This document shows, piece by piece, positions 48,317 through 56,466 of a DNA stretch of 64,000 bases. This stretch comes from an uncultured Bacilli bacterium (GTDB taxonomy: Bacteria > Bacillota_I > Bacilli_A > RF39 > UBA660). The translations under genes and the position numbers were made by a program. Each line of letters begins with the position of its first letter. Position 1 is the first letter of the stretch. The notes under the pieces were generated by a model. It ran no database searches, was not told the origin of the DNA, and was given only the letters and a program-made list of their open reading frames with translations. The DNA is taken from NCBI GenBank assembly GCA_944358675.1, contig CALVRN010000005.1, positions 232-64,231 on the forward strand, written 5' to 3'.

Positions 48317-49756
48317 TCATTTTCGATTAAAATCTCTTATTTTTTGTTTTGCATAACTCGTATGAGCTTTTTCTTTCCAATCATCACGTGGTCCAAATGA
48401 CAAATCATCAGTTACAATTCTAACCCTATCCTTATTTTGCAAAATATAATCGATTGGAACATATTCATCATTGACAAAAACACCAACCATTGTGTTTCCA
48501 ATATCAGTATTAAGTTTATAAGCAAAATCTATTGGTGTTGCACCTTTTGGTAATTCTATAATATCACCTTTAGGAGTATACACATAAACTTTATCAGAAA
48601 ACAATTCATTTTTAACTTGATTGACGAATTGTTGATTGTCACCAAACATTGAATTAATTTCCATTAATGATTGAAAAAATTGAAATTTTTCTTTTAAATC
48701 TTTCTGCATTATATCTCTTGCTTTACCTTTTTCTGCATCCCAATATACAGTTAATCCAAAAGAAGCTATTTTATCCATTTTAAATGTTCTAATTTGCGTT
48801 TGTACCAGTCTACCATCTAACCCAAAAACTGTTGTATGTAATGACTGATACATATTTGTTTTTGAATTACATATATAATCTTTAAATTTATTATTTACTG
48901 GATGATACTGAGAATGTATAATTCCTAAAGTTCTATAACAATTTTCAACCTCATCCACCATAATTTTTAATGCCAACAAATCATGAATGTCAGAAAGTCT
49001 ATGTCCTTCATTTAATCTTTTATATATACCATATATATTTTTGGTTCTCACTTTTATTTCATTAGGAATATTCTTATCATTTAACAAACGTTCAATTGTT
49101 CCTAACATTTCTCCTAAACATTCAGCACCATCTTCTTCTATCTTTAATTTCTTTTCTTCAATTCTTTTATACATATCAGGTTTTAAATATTGAAGTGATA
49201 AATCTTCTAGTTCAGACTTAATTCTATATGCTCCTATATAATAAGCAAGTGGTACAAATATTTCCATTGTTTCTAAAGCATTTTCTTTTTGTTTAAATTC
49301 TGATTTAAATTGTAATGTTCGCATATTATGAAGTCTATCTGCGAGTTTAATAATAATTATCCTCACATCTTCAGTTATACCAGTAATAATTTTTCTAGTA
49401 TTTGCGTAATTTTGATCTTGTTTTGAAGAAAAATTCATTTTAGCGAGTTTAGTAACCCCATCAACTAAATCAGCAATATTTTGATTAAAATCATGAGCAA
49501 TGTCTTCCTTTGTAATTCTTGTATCTTCTAATGTGTCATGTAACAAGCCAGCACAAACAGTATCCCTATCTGCATGTAATTCAGATAATATATATGCTAC
49601 ATTTAAAGGATGACTAATATAAGGTTCCCCACTTTGCCTATATTGTCCCGCATGTAAATCACTTGCATAGTCATAAGCTCTTCTTACAATTTCGATTTCT
49701 TCAGGATTATACTCTTTCAATATTCTAACCAAATCATCTAATACAATATTTTTCAT
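48317..49756 (-). CDS. Long-RSH (Rel/SpoT) paralog truncated after TGS, island copy A
   Basis: HPLNVAYIL, LLHDTLEDT, KLADRLHNMRTL, YQSLHTTV, VQTQIRT and a TGS domain. About 60% identical to the gene at 15283-16737 by eye. SD GGGTGGTG supports the ATG at 49756. Confidence 0.85.
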   Translation of the reverse strand: MKNIVLDDLVRILKEYNPEEIEIVRRAYDYASDLHAGQYRQSGEPYISHPLNVAYILSELHADRDTVCAGLLHDTLEDTRITKEDIAHDFNQNIADLVDGVTKLAKMNFSSKQDQNYANTRKIITGITEDVRIIIIKLADRLHNMRTLQFKSEFKQKENALETMEIFVPLAYYIGAYRIKSELEDLSLQYLKPDMYKRIEEKKLKIEEDGAECLGEMLGTIERLLNDKNIPNEIKVRTKNIYGIYKRLNEGHRLSDIHDLLALKIMVDEVENCYRTLGIIHSQYHPVNNKFKDYICNSKTNMYQSLHTTVFGLDGRLVQTQIRTFKMDKIASFGLTVYWDAEKGKARDIMQKDLKEKFQFFQSLMEINSMFGDNQQFVNQVKNELFSDKVYVYTPKGDIIELPKGATPIDFAYKLNTDIGNTMVGVFVNDEYVPIDYILQNKDRVRIVTDDLSFGPRDDWKEKAHTSYAKQKIRDFNRK

Positions 49757-49773
49757 ATAACACCACCCAATTA

Positions 49774-49799
49774 CAAAAAAAGCATGACACACTTATGCT
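49774..49799 (-). terminator. Terminator-like hairpin overlapping the leader-ORF stop codon
   Basis: Minus strand AGCAUaagugugucAUGCU followed by U7. The TAA of the 39-codon ORF lies at the 5-prime arm/loop junction of the hairpin. The SD of the rel paralog follows within 15 nt. Confidence 0.45.
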
Positions 49800-49912
49800 A
49801 TTATCGTCATACTTCCAAGGAAAATAAAAGTCACAAAAGACATTATATTTATGCTATATAATGATTTCCAAGAAAATAAATAAATTTTTAATGTACATCC
49901 CCCTTGCGCCAT
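49793..49912 (-). CDS. 39-aa hydrophobic leader/small membrane peptide upstream of rel paralog A
   Basis: Not in the track. SD GAGAGGGG, then MAQGGCTLKIYLFSWKSLYSINIMSFVTFIFLGSMTIIA. A 38-aa homologous ORF is preserved at 55180-55296 despite many substitutions and an in-frame 3-nt indel. Confidence 0.4.
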   Translation of the reverse strand: MAQGGCTLKIYLFSWKSLYSINIMSFVTFIFLGSMTIIA

Positions 49913-50074
49913 CTTATTTCCCCTCTCAAGAAATATTTATAACTAAATTACTACACTATTAAATGTTTTGTCAACACATTCTTCACATTTTTTACAAATT
50001 TTACCATTTTTAGATATATTTTAACATACAAAAAAATTACTTTAATATAAACTAGTTTATAAAAAATTAATATA

Positions 50075-50161
50075 TTATAAGACTTCAAGCTTGTCCATCA
50101 TACAGAGGGTATAAAGGTATCCACCATGACCAGCATCGACAACCACCTGTAAATTATTCAC
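50075..50161 (-). pseudogene. Relic of the amidase 5-prime end (first 14 codons fused to unrelated sequence)
   Basis: Reads GTG-NNLQVVVDAGHGG and then YLYTLCMMDKLEVL-stop. The SD and upstream 56 bp match 40486-40541. Confidence 0.65.
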
Positions 50162-50217
50162 ATAACCACCTCTACATTAAAATATGAAATAGTAGGTATA
50201 AGGTTACAAAAAAAGAT
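50120..50217. repeat. Direct repeat DR2 (copy of the amidase 5-prime region)
   Basis: See DR1 at 40444-40541. Confidence 0.8.
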
Positions 50218-50242
50218 AGATATTTAGTATCCATCAAATAAA

Positions 50243-51019
50243 TTAATCAAAATTCAAGCCAACTTCATAAGGAAATAAAATCGACAATTCTTTAGGCTCA
50301 TTTATAAAGATTATTCTTTTAGCATAAGCTACCATAAAGCCAAATTCAAACATCGTTCCTTTACCTATTTTACCATCAGGATTACACACAATAATTGCAT
50401 CTACTTTTTTAAATTTATTCATATGATCATATTTATGACTCCAAGCATCTCTTTCATTAATCAACTCTTGTCCTTCTAAAAGTATAAAATCAGTTCCAAC
50501 CGTTTCAGGAACTATATTCATTGTCCATGGACTAAGTACTTGAATATTATGCTTTTTTAAACATTCAATTACAGCACCAATTTCTTGCATATGCTGTTGA
50601 AAACTACCACAAATTACAACTTTTCGAAATTCCTGATTGATTAAACCATCAAACATATTCCTTTTTCCGCTTATTTCAAAACTTCTATCTAAATAAAAGT
50701 TTTCTAAATCAGGCTGAACAATATTAAAGTAAAGACCAGAGCTAACAAAAACGTGAATAATTAATTGCATTTGTTCTTCCTTAGAAAATTCTTGAAAAAC
50801 ACCAGTTGCATATAACCTTACTCTATTATTATCAACAACACCAACTACATCTCTTAATTCATCCAAAAAATCATCAATTTTTTTTAATAATTCGTTATTA
50901 ACTAAAGTTTCATTAAAAAAAACTTGTTTCTTTTTTAACAACCTAAATGTTTTCTGCTCTAATTGATATATGCTTATATCATTAGTATTAAAATGTACAA
51001 ATATTTTATCCTTTTTCAT
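50243..51019 (-). CDS. Two-domain protein with a nucleoside 2-deoxyribosyltransferase-like C-terminal domain
   Basis: The C-terminal VVICGSF...VLSP...VDAIIVCNPDGKIGKGTMFEFGFMVAYAKRIIF resembles the NDT/Rcl-type Rossmann-like fold. The N-terminal half (RLYATGVFQEF...) faintly resembles Ppx/GppA. Tentative. Confidence 0.4.
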   Translation of the reverse strand: MKKDKIFVHFNTNDISIYQLEQKTFRLLKKKQVFFNETLVNNELLKKIDDFLDELRDVVGVVDNNRVRLYATGVFQEFSKEEQMQLIIHVFVSSGLYFNIVQPDLENFYLDRSFEISGKRNMFDGLINQEFRKVVICGSFQQHMQEIGAVIECLKKHNIQVLSPWTMNIVPETVGTDFILLEGQELINERDAWSHKYDHMNKFKKVDAIIVCNPDGKIGKGTMFEFGFMVAYAKRIIFINEPKELSILFPYEVGLNFD

Positions 51020-51034
51020 AGACTTTTCACTCTT

Positions 51035-51760
51035 TTATTTTCTATCTAAATTTTTATAATTTAAGGCATTCAAATATTTATTGAGAAATACATCCTTGTT
51101 CTTTGAATTATACTGCGTAATAAATCGAGGGTGCTCAAGTGGAATAATAGTGCCAAATAAATGATATTTTTCATTGAGTTTTAATAAAAATTTATAATTT
51201 TCACCACTGCCAATACAATAACAAACACTTGTATCAATATTAAAATGAATTTGCTTACGTAACGATTCCAAAATAAATGAATAAAGCATATTTTCTAATT
51301 CCTTGTTCTCATAATAATTACAATTAACTTCATTACCCTTTGAATTAACCCTAACTATACCAAGAGGGCAAACAAAACTCATATAAAAATCATTATAAAA
51401 TTTTGAACATCCTCCATATTCGCTCATTACTTCATATAAAAAATTTGAAGAAGATTTATTCACATAAAAATTATCAATGACAATACCGGTTTCCTTTTGA
51501 ATATGGGCAGCGTCTTCAAATGGTATACCAGTAACTGCTGTACCACGACGAGCAGGAGAACTACCTAATATTAAACGACGTTTTTTATTATCATTATAAA
51601 ATTTATGATAAAATAAAGTCGTTATTTTTTTTACTTCATTTTTAGAATCGCCATTAAATGGATTTATTATTTTATATCCTTTTGGTACATCCAACGACAT
51701 TCTAGATAAAGATTGATCAAATTCCAATATTTTTTGGGCAACACTTTCTTTTTTAATCAT
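51035..51760 (-). CDS. Uracil-DNA glycosylase superfamily protein (DUF4918/SMUG2-like?)
   Basis: LILGSSPARRGTAVTGIPFED resembles the UDG-fold motif G.NPG...TGIPF. SD AAAGGAGGT supports the ATG at 51760. Confidence 0.45.
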   Translation of the reverse strand: MIKKESVAQKILEFDQSLSRMSLDVPKGYKIINPFNGDSKNEVKKITTLFYHKFYNDNKKRRLILGSSPARRGTAVTGIPFEDAAHIQKETGIVIDNFYVNKSSSNFLYEVMSEYGGCSKFYNDFYMSFVCPLGIVRVNSKGNEVNCNYYENKELENMLYSFILESLRKQIHFNIDTSVCYCIGSGENYKFLLKLNEKYHLFGTIIPLEHPRFITQYNSKNKDVFLNKYLNALNYKNLDRK

Positions 51761-51860
51761 TACGATACCTCCTTTACTCACTATTTAAATTACATATAAC
51801 AAATTAATCACTATTATTAAACAAATTTAAATTTCCAAAAATATAATTATACATAATCTT

Positions 51861-52728
51861 TTACTTTGATATTGCAAATAAATAAATTTCTATATCAGTA
51901 AGCAACACTTGAATTTTTTTAAAACCATTAGATGTAAAATCAATTGACAATTTTTTCGCCATATCAATGCCTCTATAAATATCAACAAAGTCTGTCCCGG
52001 GAATTAATAAACTGGAAATAACACTCTTCTGCGTTGAATCCAAAAAACCATTAGCTATAGAAACAATAATACCTGCATCAGATTTTAGTACTCTATTTGC
52101 TTCAGAAATAGCCATTTTAACATCAAAAAACGAAGAATTATATGTTCTTAGCGAAACATATAAATCATAACTATCATCAGATAATGATGATAAATTTTCA
52201 GCTTTCGACAAAACACAATTAGCATTAGGTATTGACTGTTTGATTTTCTTTAATCCGTTTGGTGCAATATCTACAAAAGTAATATTTTGACAATTCAAAA
52301 ATAATATTCTTGCTTCATTTCCACTCCCAACACCCACATCAACTATAATTTTATCATCTAACGGAGAATCAAATAATCCCTTTATTTAAAATTAACTTAT
52401 TTTTCACAAATTTTCACCCGGAACTTAATTATTTTATGAACTAATGTTTCACCGTTTTTAAAAATTTCAATAGCCTCATTATCTTTTAGACTTTTAGCAT
52501 ATTTATTAATTAAGAACACACATTTTCTTTTAAACATTTTTTTATAAATTTTGGGAGAATAAATACAATTTGATTTTATTCTTTTATAAAACGATACACC
52601 ATCAAATTTATGGTTAATTTTAGGACCAATTAAATATGAACCTTCGTTTTAGCAACTAAAATATTTTTATTATTAATATTTTGATTTTTCAAAAAATCAC
52701 TATAAAATAAATATTTATTTTCTGCCAT
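51861..52728 (-). pseudogene. Class I SAM-dependent methyltransferase, disrupted N-terminal part
   Basis: The intact C-terminal 158 codons begin at motif I (IVDVGVGSGNE). The frame is open only back to a TAA near 52387. Upstream to the ATG at 52728 (MAENKYLFY...) the reading is broken by several stops. Confidence 0.5.
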
Positions 52729-53398
52729 GTTTTAAAATCTTTCCTTCTTTAATATTCATTAAACTGTCTGCCTCTGATGAAAAAACATCTAAATTATGCA
52801 TCAATTCTTCTTTTTCTTTAGTTTTATCACTAATCGCAATAAACCATTTTCCAATACTTGTATCCATAAATTTGTTAAGTTCATTAGCTGTCCTAATTTG
52901 TTTTGTTTTGTATAAAGGATCACAAACAATAAATTTATCATCATCATAACCAGAAACTAAAATAGCATGATATGCACTAGCAAGTTCACCCGCAAGTATT
53001 ATTGTTTTACCATCTTTAAGTAGTTCCTTCAATAATTTAGTATCTATATCAATCCCATTTATAGCACGTGCCCCTTTCGAGACAGCCCTATCTAAATATA
53101 CTTTGTATTCATCCATTGCACATTTAAAATCATTTTCACTAAGATTTTTTTTATCATTATTAAAAAGATTTATATCAGAATGATATATAGTTGTATCTAA
53201 TCCATTTTTAGATAAATGAAAAGCTAAAGCCGAAAACGGAGTCCCAGCCATATATTTTGAACCGTATACTTTATATAATCTTCTCTCATCATACCAATTA
53301 GCCTTATCCATAATTTGATAATATTCTAAAACCATCATTAAACATGCAATCGCACATGTATCCCCTCTTTGTTTATATGGTTTAATATTTTTGTCCAT
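52715..53398 (-). CDS. Papain-fold cysteine peptidase, C39-like/BtrH-N-like (probably 5-prime truncated)
   Basis: QRGDTCAIACLMMVLEYY (Cys nucleophile context) and AYHAILVSGYDDDKFIVCDP (His). The frame stays open for 97 more codons upstream (to 53689) without any ATG, GTG or TTG. Confidence 0.5.
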   Translation of the reverse strand: MDKNIKPYKQRGDTCAIACLMMVLEYYQIMDKANWYDERRLYKVYGSKYMAGTPFSALAFHLSKNGLDTTIYHSDINLFNNDKKNLSENDFKCAMDEYKVYLDRAVSKGARAINGIDIDTKLLKELLKDGKTIILAGELASAYHAILVSGYDDDKFIVCDPLYKTKQIRTANELNKFMDTSIGKWFIAISDKTKEKEELMHNLDVFSSEADSLMNIKEGKILKHGRK

Positions 53399-53702
53399 AT
53401 TTCTATTCCTTTCCTGTTTTAATTTTTCTAATGCCCTAATAATAATATCTCTAAATGCTTTCCTATCTGGATGCTCTAAAATAAAGTAAGCATGTCTTAT
53501 TTTATAATCATCAGAAATTATATAATGTTTTATCTTTTTTAATATTTCTTTTTCAGAAATGTTAATATATTTTGAAAATTCTTTTTTTAATCGACTCTGA
53601 AAAACTATCTCATCATTCGCATGATACTTACTTTTTAAATATTCTTTGAATTTCCATATATTTTTATCCTTTGTTTTTAGCCTATAAACTCAAAACACCA
53701 TT

Positions 53703-55141
53703 TTATTTTCTATTAAAATCTCTTATTTTTTGTTTTGCATAACTAGTATGTGCTTTTTCCATCCAATCATCTCTAGGACCATAAGATAAATCATCAGTAA
53801 CAATTCTTATTCTATCCTTATTTTGCAAAATATAATCGATTGGAACATATTCATCATTGACAAAAACACCGACCATTGTGTTTCCAATATCAGTATTAAG
53901 TTTATAAGCAAAATCTATTGGTGTTGCACCTTTTGGTAATTCTATAATATCACCTTTAGGAGTATATACATAAACTTTATCAGAAAATAGTTCATTTTTA
54001 ACTTGATTGACAAATTGTTGATTATCACCAAACATTGAATTAATTTCCATTAATGATTGAAAAAACTGGAATTTTTCTTTTAAATCTTGCTGCATTATAT
54101 CTCTTGCTTTACCTTTTTCAGCATCCCAATATGCAGTTAATCCAAAAGAAGCTATCTTATCCATTTTGAATGTTCTAATTTGTGTTTGTACTAATCTACC
54201 ATCTAGTCCAAAAACGGTTGTATGCAGTGACTGATACATATTCGTTTTTGGATTACATATATAATCTTTAAACTTATTATTTACTGGATGATATTCCGAA
54301 TGTATTATTCCTAAAGTCCTATAACAATTTTCAACTTAATCAACCATAATTTTTAATGCAAGTAAATCATGAATATCAGAAAGTCTATGTCCTTCATTTA
54401 ATCTTTTATATATACCATATATATTTTTTGTCCTTATTTTTATCTCATTATGAATATTCTTATCATTTAACAAGTGTTGAATCGTAGCCAACATTTCTTT
54501 TAAACATTCATCACTATCTTCTTCTATCTTTAATTTTTTTCTTCAATCCTTTTATACATATCTGGTTTCAAATATTGTAATGACAAGTCCTCAAGTTCAG
54601 ACTTGATTCTATATGCCCCTATATAATAAGCAAGTGGTACAAATATTTCCATTGTCTCTAAAGCATTTTCTTTTTGTTTAAATTCCGACTTAAATTGCAA
54701 TGTCCTCATATTATGAAGTCTATCAGCTAATTTAATAATAATTATTCTCACATCTTCAGTTATACCAGTGATAATTTTCCTAGTATTTGCATAATTCTGA
54801 TCTTGTTTTGAAGAAAAATTCATTTTAGCAAGTTTAGTAACCCCATCAACTAAATTAGCAATATTCTGATTAAAATCATGAGCAATATCCTCTTTTGTAA
54901 TTTTTGTATCTTCTAATGTATCATGTAATAAGCCGGCACAAACAGTATCCCTATCTGCATGTAATTCAGATAATATATATGCTACATTTAAAGGATGACT
55001 AATATAAGGCTCCCCACTTTGCCTATACTGTCCCTGATGTAAATCACTTGCGTAGTCATAAGCTCTTTTTACAATTTCGATTTCTTCAGGATTATACTCT
55101 TTCAATATTTTAATCAAATCATCTAATACAGTATTTTTCAT
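53703..55141 (-). pseudogene. Rel/SpoT paralog, island copy B, inactivated
   Basis: Near-identical to 48317-49756. A GAG-to-TAA nonsense change lies at 54336-54338 (MVD*VE versus MVDEVE), and a 1-nt deletion in the T-run at 54534-54540 splits the ORF into the 178-aa and 215-aa track fragments. Confidence 0.85.
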
Positions 55142-55179
55142 ATAACACCCCAACAGATTATAAAAAAAGTATGACACAC

Positions 55180-55296
55180 TTATGCTATCAGTGTCACACT
55201 TTCAAAGAAAACAAAAGACACAAAAGGAATTATATTTATGTTATATAATAATTTACAAGATAATATTTTTTTTAATATACCTCTCTTTTGTATCAT
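55180..55296 (-). CDS. 38-aa homolog of the hydrophobic leader ORF (upstream of the rel pseudogene)
   Basis: MIQKRGILKKILSCKLLYNINIIPFVSFVFFESVTLIA. The stop again lies in an AGCAU...AUACU hairpin followed by a U run. Confidence 0.3.
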   Translation of the reverse strand: MIQKRGILKKILSCKLLYNINIIPFVSFVFFESVTLIA

Positions 55297-55464
55297 ATTA
55301 TTTTCCTCTCACAAAATATTTATAAATAAATTACTACATTATTAAATACCTTGTCAACACATTTTGAACATTTTTTTACAAATTTCTTCATCTTTTTACC
55401 ATTTTAGCATATAAAAAATTACTTTTGCATTAAAGTAAACATATTGCTTAGCAAATAAACAATA

Positions 55465-55551
55465 TTATAAGACTTCAAGCTTGTCCATCATGCAGAGGGT
55501 ATAAAGGTATCCACCATGACCGGCATCGATAGCAACCTGTAAATTATTCAT
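55465..55551 (-). pseudogene. Second relic of the amidase 5-prime end
   Basis: Reads MNNLQVAIDAGHGG and then YLYTLCMMDKLEVL-stop. The SD region is deleted. Confidence 0.55.
55510..55551. repeat. Direct repeat DR3 (shortened copy of the amidase 5-prime region)
   Basis: Matches the coding part of DR1 and DR2. The upstream part is missing. Confidence 0.7.
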
Positions 55552-55566
55552 AAAAAGATATTATTT

Positions 55567-56457
55567 CTAATACCATTTTTTATTTAAACCAAACTTATTT
55601 TTATTACTAACCATAACTACATCTATCTGCATAGGACACAAATGATTAAGTGGATGTAATAGTTTTGGCGCACACTTTGAAATCTTGACTACTCCACCAG
55701 TTACTAAAATATAACCATCATTTAATCTTCTTATTCCCCTAACATTTTTAGGAAAAAACTTCTTTTTAGGACTAATTACACCTCTTCTAAAATTTCCTAA
55801 TCCAAAAGGCACACATCCATCATGAGTATGACCACACATAATTAAATCATAATCTTTTAATAAATTAGTGCTTTTCTCATCATCACTAAACTCTGGGGAA
55901 TGAATCAAAGCCAAAGTAAGTAAACTCTTATTAATATTTTTGTAAAGTATATCATGCTTTTTTAAATCATCATAAAAAGCTCTAAAATTATAATTTTTAC
56001 CAAAATAATATTCTTTAGTTTCAGTATAACCCATAAGCCATATGTTATCATCAACATATATATCATTATCAAGAAGTGTAACTCCATTTATTTTTCGAAC
56101 CACATTACTAATATTTTCTATATGACAACTATGATTTTTCCTATGAATATAATCATGATTGCCTAAGATAACAAATGTTTTAGAAATTTTACCAGAAGTT
56201 TCAAGTAAATTTTTTAATTTTAATAATGACTTAGAATTATGAATTTCTTGAACAAGGTCTATTAAATCTCCTACAAAAAACACATAATCAGCTTTTTCAT
56301 CTAAAATTCTATCTTTAAGTAAATCAATTTTTCTCAAACTTACGTTATCACTAATATGAACATCGCCAATAACTAATAATTTTAAATCTTTTCTAACTTT
56401 TTCATTATATAAATTTATATATCTAACTTGTAAATAACTATCGAAAAATAATCTCAT
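55567..56457 (-). CDS. Metallophosphoesterase (calcineurin-like)
   Basis: LLVIGDVHISD, FVGDLID, ILGNHD and CGHTHDG motifs. Confidence 0.85.
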   Translation of the reverse strand: MRLFFDSYLQVRYINLYNEKVRKDLKLLVIGDVHISDNVSLRKIDLLKDRILDEKADYVFFVGDLIDLVQEIHNSKSLLKLKNLLETSGKISKTFVILGNHDYIHRKNHSCHIENISNVVRKINGVTLLDNDIYVDDNIWLMGYTETKEYYFGKNYNFRAFYDDLKKHDILYKNINKSLLTLALIHSPEFSDDEKSTNLLKDYDLIMCGHTHDGCVPFGLGNFRRGVISPKKKFFPKNVRGIRRLNDGYILVTGGVVKISKCAPKLLHPLNHLCPMQIDVVMVSNKNKFGLNKKWY

Positions 56458-56466
56458 ATCTCCCCC

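Larger units (their letters stand above)
48317..50161. repeat. Segmental duplication, copy A (rel paralog + leader ORF + promoter + amidase 5-prime relic)
   Basis: Collinear with 53703-55551. High identity within rel, lower in the leader. Homology starts at the rel stop codon. Confidence 0.85.
53703..55551. repeat. Segmental duplication, copy B
   Basis: Collinear with 48317-50161. Confidence 0.85.

Noticed and set aside
45685-49193. Track ORFs 45685-45969, 46653-46844, 47249-47455 (+), 47659-47907 (-), 48987-49193 (+)
   Set aside because: They are antisense or alternative-frame shadows inside cysNC, cysD and the rel paralog.
49757-49775. GGGTGGTG upstream of the rel paralog resembles the T-box core (GGGUGGNACC)
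   Set aside because: It lies after the terminator rather than in an antiterminator. No stem I, specifier loop or AGAGA elements are recognisable in the 200-nt leader. It is best explained as the SD.
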